From an uncultured Pseudomonadales bacterium (GTDB lineage Bacteria > Patescibacteriota > Microgenomatia > UBA1400 > PJMF01): a DNA stretch of 64,000 nucleotides. The notes below the pieces were generated by a model. The model did no database searches, was not told the origin of the DNA, and saw only the letters and a program-made list of their open reading frames with translations. Where the stretch lies: assembly GCA_964625685.1 (NCBI GenBank), contig CAZVBO010000001.1, positions 153,570 through 217,569 of the forward strand, read 5' to 3'. A program made the translations under genes and the position numbers. Of this stretch, positions 1 to 9,349 are shown in pieces; position 1 is the stretch's first letter; each line of letters opens with the position of its first letter.

Positions 1-646
1 CATTGTGAAATTTTAATTTAGTAATATCAAATACTACTGCATCTGGTTTCATCACATACCAATTGATATTTAAACCGAGTAGTTTGGTGAGACGAACCAG
101 TGCATGCCGCATCAGAGCTACTCCACCACCTTGAGGGGTAGCACTGATAAAGGCTAAGGATCGTTTGCCAAAACGATGGGCTTGCTCCAACAAAAATTGG
201 AATTCTTCTGGCTGGGTCACATGTTCGTAGTTGGATAAATCCACTAATTCCGAAATGACCACTTTGCCATTTTTCTTAATTCGGGCATTGTGAGAATCGT
301 CATCATTAAAATAGCTAATCGCAATTTCCGCAGCTTTTTGACTGATTTCAGCTCGAGAACCATGAAGATCTTTGGTGCGAACCGGCACAATATCCAAGTC
401 TAGCCATAATCGGGAATAAAGTTGTTTCCACGGTGCTTTGCCATGAATGCCAACTGCCACAATTTTAGTGTGATTAGCTTTCATATAATGCCTGGCCCAT
501 GACAGAAAACTAGCTGTAGCGGTGGTAGCTGATGTAGCTGTTTCTTGAGCCAAAATCACCTGTTTTTTCGATATTAAAGTAATATGAAATGAATCTTTAA
601 AAAAATGCACACCGGCGTAGACGGACTGGATGGAGGATGGTTTCAT
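1..646 (-). CDS. Trehalose synthase/phosphorylase-like GT4 glycosyltransferase, N-terminal part (runs off window start)
   Basis: Manual translation from ATG 646: MKPSSIQSVYAG...AFISATPQGGGVALMRHALVRL...WYVMKPDAVVFDITKLKFHN. The ATPQGGGVALMRHAL and ITK.KFHN motifs are typical of the TreT/fungal trehalose synthase family. Absent from the ORF track because there is no stop in the window. Confidence 0.75.
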   Translation of the reverse strand, partial: MKPSSIQSVYAGVHFFKDSFHITLISKKQVILAQETATSATTATASFLSWARHYMKANHTKIVAVGIHGKAPWKQLYSRLWLDLDIVPVRTKDLHGSRAEISQKAAEIAISYFNDDDSHNARIKKNGKVVISELVDLSNYEHVTQPEEFQFLLEQAHRFGKRSLAFISATPQGGGVALMRHALVRLTKLLGLNINWYVMKPDAVVFDITKLKFHN

Positions 647-803
647 AATGAGATCTCCAGTTAGACAAATGTCTAGACACTTAATATTTTTTTCGGGCAG
701 TCGTGAAAGTTTACGTTGCTGTGAAGTAATTCAATGCATGAACAAAACTATTCCTCTTTTTATCCTACCATATGAATTGTGAAGGTTGGGAAAGAATTTC
801 CCG

Positions 804-1076
804 CTAGATCTCAAGCAGGACGGAAAGTTTCATATTTAAAACACTTGCTAGGCGTTTTAAAAACGAAAGTGAAGGAGTGGTTTTAGCATTTTCAACTCGA
901 GAAATAACTGACTGTTTAGTGTGAAGCTTTTTAGCAAGTGCTTGTTGGCTTAGACCTGATTTAAGACGTGCTTCAATAATAGTTCGAGCAATTTGATATT
1001 CAAGTTCTGTTTCTTTGAGGGATAGTTGAACCTGTTTGTTTTTGAGTAGCTGGAGTTTATGTTGTTGCCAATTCAT
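804..1076 (-). CDS. XRE-family HTH antitoxin (HigA-like)
   Basis: ARLKSGLSQQALAKKLHTKQSVISRVEN HTH motif; directly downstream of a RelE-like gene. Confidence 0.8.
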   Translation of the reverse strand: MNWQQHKLQLLKNKQVQLSLKETELEYQIARTIIEARLKSGLSQQALAKKLHTKQSVISRVENAKTTPSLSFLKRLASVLNMKLSVLLEI

Positions 1077-1113
1077 ATTTTTATATTATCACAATTTTGC
1101 TATAAAAACAACC

Positions 1114-1440
1114 TTATAACGTTGAGTAGTACTTATACCTTCTTAAAGCAATCCTTAAATCGGCTTGACTCATTTTTTGCTGTTTTTTGATAAATCCATG
1201 GAGAAGAACAATTTGTTTCTGCGGAAGTGTCATGAATAGGATCCTGATGTTATCCTGGCCTAGGATTCTAAGTTCCCAAAGAGGAGTTTTTATAATTTTC
1301 TTGGTATGTGGTGGCCCTAAACATATTCCAAATTCTTCGAGTAATGAAAAGGTATGAATAAGCTTTGCTTGAGTTTTAACTGGAAGATTATTTATGAAGT
1401 CATATACAGGATATGACTTATTTGGTAACTGATAGTACAA
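1114..1440 (-). CDS. RelE/HigB-like (Gp49-type) type II toxin
   Basis: GPPHTKKI..LWELRI...NIRILF...IVLLHGFIKK motifs; toxin-before-antitoxin order; start codon uncertain. Confidence 0.75.
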   Translation of the reverse strand: MYYQLPNKSYPVYDFINNLPVKTQAKLIHTFSLLEEFGICLGPPHTKKIIKTPLWELRILGQDNIRILFMTLPQKQIVLLHGFIKKQQKMSQADLRIALRRYKYYSTL

Positions 1441-1596
1441 AATTTGTCACTTTATCGACATGGTTAAAAGATAATGACATACAGTAGTTACAAAAAGATG
1501 ACTTTCCTACTCTGGACATTTATGCTCAAGTATTTCATAATTTTTCGTTCCTCTTTTGGTATTTAGACAGTCCAATGTGTAGAAAGTGTGCCGAGT

Positions 1597-2181
1597 ATGT
1601 TACAAATTTTTCTTGATGTGGAAACACAAAAAACTTTTGAAGAAGTGGGTGGTTATTTCCCTGAAAGATTGGGTATTTCTTTTGTCGGAGTTTGCCTTCG
1701 TGAAGGTAGTAGTGGACCGGGTGAAATGCAGGGCTATTTTGAGCAAGATTTACCCAACCTTTTTCCCTTGTTAGAAAAAGCTGACGTAGTAGTAGGTTTT
1801 AATATCGATGCATTTGATATGCCCACCTTTATTCCTTATTACAAGGCCGATATCTCTCGAATTCCAACGTTGGATGTGATGATGCGAATTAAAGATAGCG
1901 TGGGGCATCGGATTAAATTGGATAATGTGGCTCAAGAAACTCTCGGAGTAGGCAAATCAGGAGATGGGCTCGATGCTATTAAATACTACCGAAATGGTCA
2001 GTTAGAATTATTACGTGATTATTGTCAGCAAGATGTCGCTGTTACTCGAGATGTGTATGATTATGGAGTCCAAAAAGGCCAAGTCAAATTTCGTAATAAA
2101 TGGAACCGATTGATTGAAGCCCCAGTTGATTTTAGTTTTGTTCCTCAAAAGGATGATGGGATTCAAATGAGTTTACTCTAG
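1597..2181 (+). CDS. RNase H-like (YprB/RNase_H_2) exonuclease domain protein
   Basis: FLDVET, GFNIDAFD, YCQQDV DEDD-type motifs. Confidence 0.75.
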   Translation: MLQIFLDVETQKTFEEVGGYFPERLGISFVGVCLREGSSGPGEMQGYFEQDLPNLFPLLEKADVVVGFNIDAFDMPTFIPYYKADISRIPTLDVMMRIKDSVGHRIKLDNVAQETLGVGKSGDGLDAIKYYRNGQLELLRDYCQQDVAVTRDVYDYGVQKGQVKFRNKWNRLIEAPVDFSFVPQKDDGIQMSLL

Positions 2182-2183
2182 AA

Positions 2184-2218
2184 TTCCAAAATCCTAGCTC
2201 CAAAATCAAAAATCCAGT
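2184..2218. repeat. Degenerate 7-bp tandem array (consensus ~TTCCAAA)
   Basis: ttccaaa atcctag ctccaaa atcaaaa atccagt. Confidence 0.5.
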
Positions 2219-2231
2219 TATAATACGCAGT

Positions 2232-2780
2232 ATGGCTGACTTACAATCGTATCCAGCAAAAATCTGTTTGACTGCTTCAGGTACTTTAATTTACCATAAT
2301 AAAATTTTATTGATTAAACACAAAAAAGTTCAATTATGGATGTGTCCCGGTGGACATATGGAACCTAACGAACTGCCTCACCAAGCCGCCGAACGAGAGT
2401 TCTGGGAAGAGACCGGAATTAAAGTAAAAGCACTTCATTATGGTTTTCAACCTGACAATGCTCTTACCGAATTCTTACCCATTCCGATCTCAACTAATCT
2501 ACACTGGGTGTCTCAGGAAAACTATCAACGTCGTCTTAAAAATCCATCTCATTTTCAAGCCGAGGAAATGTGGGTAAAAGGTTGTGAGCAACATTACAAT
2601 CAAAATTACCTAGTTGAGCCGCTAGCCGGAGTAGATTTTTCGCAAAATGTAGAAGAAACCGATGGCATTGCTTGGTTCTCCCAAGATGAAATCTCTGAGC
2701 TAAAAACGGGAGCTCAAATTCAATTAGAAATTAGGAATGCTTTTGAAAAGTATCACCACTATGTCACTGACCATTCATAA
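2232..2780 (+). CDS. NUDIX hydrolase
   Basis: Nudix box GGHMEPNELPHQAAEREFWEETG. Confidence 0.9.
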   Translation: MADLQSYPAKICLTASGTLIYHNKILLIKHKKVQLWMCPGGHMEPNELPHQAAEREFWEETGIKVKALHYGFQPDNALTEFLPIPISTNLHWVSQENYQRRLKNPSHFQAEEMWVKGCEQHYNQNYLVEPLAGVDFSQNVEETDGIAWFSQDEISELKTGAQIQLEIRNAFEKYHHYVTDHS

Positions 2781-3543
2781 TCTCCAAGCCAAAATTGATG
2801 ATAAGCAGATTCTTAAAGGAGTGGATCTTGAAGTAAATAAAGGTGAAATTCACGCCATCATGGGTCCAAATGGTTCTGGTAAATCCACTTTGGCTAATGT
2901 CTTAGCAGGCAACCCTTTTTATAAAATCCAAACTTCAAATTCCCTGCCTGCGCAGGCAGGCAAAATTCAAAAAGAGGAGATGACTCTCGACGGAATAGAT
3001 TTGCTGGACTTGTCTCCTGATGAGAGAGCCCAACGAGGCTTATTTTTAGCTTTTCAATACCCAGTAGAAGTTCCTGGTGTTAGTGTCGAACGATTCCTGC
3101 GGGAAGCCTATCGAGCTCGAATAGGTGAAACAGCAAAAAAAATGTCAGCTCTCGAATTTCGCCAGTATGTTGAGGGTTTGGCAGAAGAACTGCATGTTAA
3201 ACCAGAATTGCTGAAGCGCGGCCTAAATGAGGGTTTTAGTGGAGGTGAGAAAAAGAGATTAGAAATTTTGCAAATGGCAGTCTTACAGCCTGAGTATGCC
3301 ATCTTAGATGAAACAGATTCTGGGTTAGACATTGATGCAATCAAGGCTGTTGCTGATGGTGTCAAAACCGTTATCAAAAAATACCAAACTGGAGTAATCA
3401 TTATTACTCATTATCAACGAATTCTTGATTATATTCAGCCTGATTTTGTGCATGTGATGATTGATGGGCAAATTGTAAGAAGTGGTGATTTTAGCTTGGT
3501 AGGTGAATTGGAAAGTAGTGGCTATGGGAATTTAAAGGCTTAA
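2761..3543 (+). CDS. sufC: Fe-S cluster assembly ABC ATPase SufC
   Basis: GPNGSGKST, LAFQYPVE, NEGFSGGEKKRLE, ILDETDSGLD; carries a short repeat-derived insertion (KIQTSNSLPAQAGKIQK). Confidence 0.95.
   Translation: MSLTIHNLQAKIDDKQILKGVDLEVNKGEIHAIMGPNGSGKSTLANVLAGNPFYKIQTSNSLPAQAGKIQKEEMTLDGIDLLDLSPDERAQRGLFLAFQYPVEVPGVSVERFLREAYRARIGETAKKMSALEFRQYVEGLAEELHVKPELLKRGLNEGFSGGEKKRLEILQMAVLQPEYAILDETDSGLDIDAIKAVADGVKTVIKKYQTGVIIITHYQRILDYIQPDFVHVMIDGQIVRSGDFSLVGELESSGYGNLKA
2943..2960. repeat. 18-bp perfect palindrome CCTGCCTGCGCAGGCAGG, copy 1 (in frame in sufC)
   Basis: Identical copies at 14073-14090 and 53503-53520. Confidence 0.9.
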
Positions 3544-3546
3544 GTT

Positions 3547-4974
3547 ATGTCTCGGTTTGCTCAAAAACATACTCCTAAATTTGACCCTCAAAAAAATGAT
3601 AAGTATGAGTTTGGTTTTTCGTATCCGACGGCTGCATATAAGTATATTTCTCAACCAGGCCTCAATGAGCAAGTGGTTAGAGAAATTTCTCATCTGAAAG
3701 CAGAACCAGAATGGATGCTGAAGTACCGTCTCCAAGCTTTGAAATTATTTGAAGCGAAAGCGATGCCAATGTGGGGGGCGGATCTGACAGCGATTGATTT
3801 TGACAAAATTCATTACTATCTACGACCTACGGACACTCAGGTTGATTCGTGGGAAAAGGTTCCCCCTGAAGTTAAAGCCACTTTTGATAAACTGGGTATC
3901 CCAGAAGCCGAGAGAACTGTTTTAGCAGGAGTTAAAGCCCAATATGATAGTGAAGTGGTGTATGGCTCATTACAAAATGTGTGGGCGAAAGACGGTGTGA
4001 TTTTTTTATCGATGGATGAAGGCTTGAAGCAATATCCAGATTTGGTTAAAGAGTATTTTGGAAAAGTGATTCCTCATGGTGATAATAAATTTGCAGCTTT
4101 GAATTCTGCCGTTTGGTCAGGTGGCTCTTTTGTGTATGTCCCAAAAGGCGTTCATGTCAAAATGCCGCTCCAAACTTACTTTCGAATCAATGCCGCTAAT
4201 GCAGGTCAGTTTGAGCGAACTTTGATTATTGTAGATGAAGGAGCGTCTGTCCATTACATCGAAGGTTGTACCGCGCCTAGTTTTGCCAGTAGTTCTCTTC
4301 ATTCAGCAGTCGTAGAAATTTTTGTTAAAAAAGGGGCTCGTTGTCAGTACACCACCGTTCAGAATTGGTATAAAAATGTATACAACTTAGTGACAAAGCG
4401 TTCGTATGTGGAAGAAGAAGGCCAAATGATTTGGACTGATTTCAACATGGGTAGTCAAGTGACCATGAAGTACCCTAGTTTTATTTTGGCGGGCAAAGGG
4501 GCCAAAGGTGAAGTGCTGTCGATGGCTTTGGCGGGAAAAGGTCAGCATCAGGATACTGGTTCCAAAGCAATCCATTTAGCCCCTTATACCAGTTCAACCA
4601 TTATTTCTAAGTCTATTAGTAAAGATGGTGGCCGCACCAGCTATCGGGGGTTGGTCAATGTGGGGCCACATGCTCACCATAGCCAGAATACGGTGGTCTG
4701 TGATGCTTTATTACTTGACCCACAATCTCGGTCAGATACCTATCCGACTGAAAAAATTTTTAATTCAAATGTCGCTGTGCAACATGAAGCTACCGTTTCT
4801 AAAATTGGAGATGACCAGCTTTTTTATTTAATGAGTCGTGGGATTGGTGAGGAAGCGGCTCGTAAAATGATTGTGAATGGCTTTATTGATGACTTGGTCA
4901 AAAAACTACCTTTAGAGTATGCGGTAGAGATGAATCGATTAATTGACTATGAGATGGAGGGGTCGATAGGATAG
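3547..4974 (+). CDS. sufB: Fe-S cluster assembly protein SufB
   Basis: AQYDSEVVY, NSAVWSGGSF, GQFERTLII, HYIEGCTAP, HEATVSKI. Confidence 0.95.
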   Translation: MSRFAQKHTPKFDPQKNDKYEFGFSYPTAAYKYISQPGLNEQVVREISHLKAEPEWMLKYRLQALKLFEAKAMPMWGADLTAIDFDKIHYYLRPTDTQVDSWEKVPPEVKATFDKLGIPEAERTVLAGVKAQYDSEVVYGSLQNVWAKDGVIFLSMDEGLKQYPDLVKEYFGKVIPHGDNKFAALNSAVWSGGSFVYVPKGVHVKMPLQTYFRINAANAGQFERTLIIVDEGASVHYIEGCTAPSFASSSLHSAVVEIFVKKGARCQYTTVQNWYKNVYNLVTKRSYVEEEGQMIWTDFNMGSQVTMKYPSFILAGKGAKGEVLSMALAGKGQHQDTGSKAIHLAPYTSSTIISKSISKDGGRTSYRGLVNVGPHAHHSQNTVVCDALLLDPQSRSDTYPTEKIFNSNVAVQHEATVSKIGDDQLFYLMSRGIGEEAARKMIVNGFIDDLVKKLPLEYAVEMNRLIDYEMEGSIG

Positions 4975-4989
4975 GAGGTGGCGTCATTT

Positions 4990-5066
4990 TGTCATTCCGG
5001 CGGAGGCCGGAATCTATAATATTTTTGCAAAATAAGGTATGGATGCCGACTTTCGTCGGGATGACA
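4990..5066. repeat. GTCATTCC..GGAATC / GATTCC..GGATGAC paired palindromic repeat (dRS3/RPE-like)
   Basis: gtcattccggcggaggccggaatct ... ggatgccgactttcgtcgggatgac; related copies elsewhere in the window. Confidence 0.8.
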
Positions 5067-5079
5067 TTTTAAAGCAACT

Positions 5080-5571
5080 ATGAAACAGAGCAAAATTATT
5101 CTTTCCACAGATGAAGAGAAAACAGTTATTCTCAAAGAATCGGGAGAATATGTATTTGAGTTGACTGGCCCTGGGGCTGAGTTAGAAGTGAAAGGGACCT
5201 TTTTAGCTAAGGATAAAGAAAACCAAGAAATCATTGTGATTATTCGACATTTAGCGCCTCATACTCGGGCTAACACAGTCCTCAAAGGTGTGGCTCAAGA
5301 TAAAGGTCAACTAAGGTTTGTCGGTCGAATTATCATTGATAAAAATTGTGGTGATACCCAATCATTTTTGGAGGAACGGGTATTATTGTTGTCAGATGAG
5401 GCTAAAGCCGAAACGGTCCCAGATTTAGAAATTGAAAGTGATGATGTCAAATGTTCTCATGCGGCCTCGATTAGTCGAATTCCCGACGAGCAGCTATTTT
5501 ATCTTCAAAGCCGAGGAGTGAGTAGGTCACAGGCTGAAAAAATGATTGTAGAGGGGTTTCTCAAGGTTTAG
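5080..5571 (+). CDS. sufD: SufD-like protein (short, C-terminal beta-helix only)
   Basis: PDLEIESDDVKCSHAAS, LFYLQSRG; sits between sufB and sufS. Confidence 0.85.
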   Translation: MKQSKIILSTDEEKTVILKESGEYVFELTGPGAELEVKGTFLAKDKENQEIIVIIRHLAPHTRANTVLKGVAQDKGQLRFVGRIIIDKNCGDTQSFLEERVLLLSDEAKAETVPDLEIESDDVKCSHAASISRIPDEQLFYLQSRGVSRSQAEKMIVEGFLKV

Positions 5572-5607
5572 TGATGAGTCATTTTCCGCTGTTGTATAAT
5601 CAAGGGT

Positions 5608-6858
5608 ATGTTTGACGCCAATCAACTTCACTCTGATTTTCCAATTTTGACCCAAGAAATACATGGATTTCCTTTAGTGTATTTGGATAATGCAGCTACT
5701 TCACAAAAACCTCAGTCCGTCATTGATGCTGTTGTTCATTATTATACTCATGACAATGCCAATGTTCATCGAGGAGTACATACTTTATCTGACCGGGCCA
5801 CTCGTTTTTTTGAAGAAAGTCGGCACACCATTACCCAATTTGTAGGAGCTCAGCCTCAAGAATTGATTCTGACTCGAAATACCACAGAAGCTTTGAATGG
5901 GGTTGCATATGGTTGGGCAGACCAACACTTAAGTCTTGGTGATGTTGTTTTAACAACTCTGATGGAACATCATGCTAATTTGGTTCCCTGGCAAGAGGTT
6001 TGTAAACGAACTGGGGCAGTTTTAGAATTTGTGAACATGACTGATGATGGCTTATTAGATCGTGCAGATTTTCAACAAAAGATTCAGAATTCTCGAATAA
6101 AACTGGTGACTTTAACTCATATTTCTAATACTTTGGGAACGGTTAATCCCATTGAAGAATTAATTGCAGAAGTTCGATCAACTTATGGAGAAAAAGTGAA
6201 AGTGGTCATTGATGGAGCTCAAGCTGTGCCTCACCTGCCAGTTAATTTTGATTTACTTGATGCTGATTTTTATGCGTTTAGTGGGCACAAAATGTTAGGT
6301 CCAATGGGAATAGGTGGTTTGTTAGTTAAACAACGCTTAATTGAATCAGGTGAATTTCAACCGTGGTTATTTGGAGGTGGCATGATTGATGAAGTTCATC
6401 AGTCTCAAACCACTTTTCACCCTGATCCAGAGGAAAGATTTGTAGCTGGCACTCCTGATGTGGCATCTGCGGTGGGACTAGCTGAAGCTTGTCGATACTT
6501 AACTGATTTGGGAATGACTCAAGTGAAACAGCATGATCAGGATTTAGTGCAGTATACTTATCAGCAACTTTTAGCAATTCCTGAGGTTCAACTCGTAGGG
6601 TCGAACCCGCTCGATCACCCTGATATTAGACTGGGTTCGGTGGCTTTTCTGTATCAAGGAATTCATGCTCACGATGTAGCTCAGATTTTAGATAGTCAAG
6701 GTATAGCGGTTCGTTCCGGTCACCATTGTTGTATGCCGCTTCATCAAAAAATGGGGTGGCAGGCGACAGTGCGGGCTAGTTTTCAAGTTTATAATACTCG
6801 AGATGATGTAGATCGATTAGTTGAAGGACTGGGAAAAGTGAAAGAGGTGTTTCGATAA
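5608..6858 (+). CDS. sufS: Cysteine desulfurase SufS
   Basis: YLDNAATSQKP, NVHRG, FSGHKMLGPMGIG, VRSGHHCC. Confidence 0.95.
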   Translation: MFDANQLHSDFPILTQEIHGFPLVYLDNAATSQKPQSVIDAVVHYYTHDNANVHRGVHTLSDRATRFFEESRHTITQFVGAQPQELILTRNTTEALNGVAYGWADQHLSLGDVVLTTLMEHHANLVPWQEVCKRTGAVLEFVNMTDDGLLDRADFQQKIQNSRIKLVTLTHISNTLGTVNPIEELIAEVRSTYGEKVKVVIDGAQAVPHLPVNFDLLDADFYAFSGHKMLGPMGIGGLLVKQRLIESGEFQPWLFGGGMIDEVHQSQTTFHPDPEERFVAGTPDVASAVGLAEACRYLTDLGMTQVKQHDQDLVQYTYQQLLAIPEVQLVGSNPLDHPDIRLGSVAFLYQGIHAHDVAQILDSQGIAVRSGHHCCMPLHQKMGWQATVRASFQVYNTRDDVDRLVEGLGKVKEVFR

Positions 6859-6897
6859 TTGTTGTGTAGGTGTAATGTGTAAAGTGTGAGTGAAAAT

Positions 6898-7270
6898 ATG
6901 AAAAAAACTCTTAATTCCTATAAAGAACTTGATGTATATAAGAAATCAATTATTTTAGTGAGTTCAATTTACCAACTAACTAGAATGTTTCCTGAAGAAG
7001 AAAAATATGGTTTGATTTCTCAAATGAGAAGAGCTGCAGTATCAATTCCACTGAATATAGCTGAAGGAGCAAAAAGACAGACAACAAAAGAATTTATCCA
7101 TTTTTTTGTATGTAGCGAGTGGCTCCTGTTCTGAGATACAAGCAATATTTGATGTTGTCTCCGCTTTAACAATGGTTGATGAAAATATTAAGAGTGAATA
7201 TGAACAAAAGCTAGAGGAAATTGCTCGAATGTTAAACGGTTTAATTCATAGTTTAAAGGCTAAACGATAG
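6898..7270 (+). pseudogene. Four-helix-bundle protein (23S rRNA IVP/bAvd-like), frameshifted
   Basis: FPEEEKYGLISQMRRAAVSIPLNIAEG. A T7 run at 7101-7107 shifts the frame; removing one T continues FLYVASGSCSEIQ...EIARMLNGLIHSLKAKR*. Confidence 0.8.
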
Positions 7271-7301
7271 GGACACTAAAACACATACACTATTCACTAA
7301 G

Positions 7302-7673
7302 ATGCCCGATTTATACCAAGAAACCATCATTGAAGAATTTAAGTATCCTCGCAATAAAGGTACATTAGCCGGCGCTGATCAAGTACTACATGGCGAAAAT
7401 GCGAGTTGCGGGGATGAATTAACCGTTTATCTTAAAATGAACTCCCAAGGTCGCATTGAACAGCTCCTGTGGGAAGGGAATGGTTGTGCTATCAGTCAAG
7501 CAGCCATGAGTTTACTCAGTAACTATATTTTACAAAATAAATTATCACTTCCAGAAATTCGACAGCTGAATGAGAAAACATTATTAGATCTCTTAGGCTT
7601 AGATGAGATTAATCCAGGTCGAGAAAAATGTCTGATGATTGCTTTAAAAACTATTCAGAAAGCAGTGAAATAG
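7302..7673 (+). CDS. sufU: SufU/IscU-type scaffold
   Basis: NASCGD, GCAISQA, REKC. Confidence 0.9.
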   Translation: MPDLYQETIIEEFKYPRNKGTLAGADQVLHGENASCGDELTVYLKMNSQGRIEQLLWEGNGCAISQAAMSLLSNYILQNKLSLPEIRQLNEKTLLDLLGLDEINPGREKCLMIALKTIQKAVK

Positions 7674-7682
7674 CTGCCCTCT

Positions 7683-8237
7683 ATGCACATTTTCGTCGGC
7701 TCCACTAATCCCGTCAAAATTAACGCAGTTATTCAGGCTGCCAGTGAAACATGGCCAGCGGTACAAGTTGAAGGATATGAGGTTGAAAGTGGTGTTGCTG
7801 ATCAGCCACGAAGTGATGAGGAAACCAAACAAGGGTCAATTAATCGAGCAAAAAATGTTTTATCAGTAGCAACAAAATTTGGTAATAAAGATGAAGTTCT
7901 TGGAATAGGTTTAGAGGGTGGGGTGTTTGAGAATAAACAGGGGGAAATGTGGTCCACGGTGTGGGTAAGTGTGGTAGATCAAGAAGATAATGTCTTTAGT
8001 TCAAATGGAGCCCGATTTTTAGTTCCATCTATAGTGGCAGACAGAATCCGACAGGGTGAAGAAATGGGTCCAATTATTGCAGAAGTGGTGGGTGAACATG
8101 ATGTGCGAAGTAAGCAAGGTATGATTGGTGTAATCACTAAAAACTTTGTAGATAGAACTGAAGAATACATGAGTATAGCTAAGCTGGCACTCGGGTTGTG
8201 GTACGGTCGACACTGGTTAGATGAACTTTCCAGCTGA
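7683..8237 (+). CDS. yjjX: Inosine/xanthosine triphosphatase (DUF84)
   Basis: VGSTNPVKI, SGVADQP, GSINRA, IGLEGG. Confidence 0.85.
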   Translation: MHIFVGSTNPVKINAVIQAASETWPAVQVEGYEVESGVADQPRSDEETKQGSINRAKNVLSVATKFGNKDEVLGIGLEGGVFENKQGEMWSTVWVSVVDQEDNVFSSNGARFLVPSIVADRIRQGEEMGPIIAEVVGEHDVRSKQGMIGVITKNFVDRTEEYMSIAKLALGLWYGRHWLDELSS

Positions 8238-8281
8238 TTTCACTATTTCCTAATCTAAAAATTTATCTTATATTGATGGTT

Positions 8282-8989
8282 ATGAATAAACCTGGAGTTT
8301 ACTCAGCCAGATTTGAAGAAAAGCAGATTCATAACGATAAATATTGGCAATTTTCCTTCGAGTTTACTGAACCTCATGAAATGAGTTTTCAGGCAGGGCA
8401 GTATGTGTCAGTGGCAGTTGATGACGTGGGTCATCGTCGCTCTTATTCTATTTGTAGTCGACCCGATATTGAACATGGCTTTGAACTCTTGATTGATATG
8501 GAAATTAATGGTCTGGGAGTAAACTATTTCAGGAACCTAGAATTTGGACAGGAGATTAAGCTGATTGGACCAATGGGTCAGTTTGTGATTCAAGATAATC
8601 AAGATGACCAATTGATTTTGATCGCTACTGGATCAGGAATTGCTCCCTTTCATAGTATGCTTTTGGATTTGTTGCAAGTAAAAGGAGAAACTCGACCCAT
8701 TACTCTTTATTGGGGACTAAGATTTGTGAATCAACTTTTTTGGCAAGATGAATTTGAGGAATTGGCTCAACTGTATTCCAATTTTTCATTTTATCCAGTA
8801 GTTTCTAAACCTACACCCGAATGGACATTATCTACAGGTCACGTAACTGATCTACTAGATATTCACGAGTTTAGTCCTCAGGCCGGATTTTATATCTGTG
8901 GAAATACTCATATGATTCAAGATGTGATGGCCACGTTACAAAAACATCAATTTCAACCATCTCAGATGTATCACGAAAAGTTTTTTTAA
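8282..8989 (+). CDS. FAD/NAD(P)-binding ferredoxin reductase-like oxidoreductase
   Basis: FQAGQY, RSYSI, GPMG, ATGSGIAPF, YICG, terminal EKFF. Confidence 0.9.
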   Translation: MNKPGVYSARFEEKQIHNDKYWQFSFEFTEPHEMSFQAGQYVSVAVDDVGHRRSYSICSRPDIEHGFELLIDMEINGLGVNYFRNLEFGQEIKLIGPMGQFVIQDNQDDQLILIATGSGIAPFHSMLLDLLQVKGETRPITLYWGLRFVNQLFWQDEFEELAQLYSNFSFYPVVSKPTPEWTLSTGHVTDLLDIHEFSPQAGFYICGNTHMIQDVMATLQKHQFQPSQMYHEKFF

Positions 8990-9022
8990 TAATAATTTTC
9001 TGTTTTGGACAGAAAGGGTATC

Positions 9023-9313
9023 ATGCCAGACCAAATTTCTTCATCACCAACACCTGCTTCTACGCCCGTAGCTACTACTCATCAGGTAGGAAAGTATAAA
9101 GTTGAAGTTATTCGAGAGAAATGTATTGGAGCTGCCAGTTGTGTGGCTATTGCTCCCGGTACTTTTGAGCTTGATGAAGAAAACATTGCTAAGATAATTT
9201 CTCAAGATGGAGATGATGATGAAACTCAGCTCTTAGGTGCTCAAAGTTGCCCTACGGCGGCTATTATTGTGACTGATACCGAAACTGGAGAACAAGTGTG
9301 GCCTAAAGAATAA
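9023..9313 (+). CDS. Ferredoxin, probably [3Fe-4S]
   Basis: CIGAASC...CP: second Cys of CxxCxxC replaced by Ala. Confidence 0.85.
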   Translation: MPDQISSSPTPASTPVATTHQVGKYKVEVIREKCIGAASCVAIAPGTFELDEENIAKIISQDGDDDETQLLGAQSCPTAAIIVTDTETGEQVWPKE

Positions 9314-9349
9314 ATTAATAGATACATTTGATAATATAGGGGAAACTTT

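Noticed and set aside
6898-7270. Diversity-generating retroelement suggested by the Avd-like gene
   Set aside because: No reverse transcriptase and no template/variable repeat pair seen in the window.
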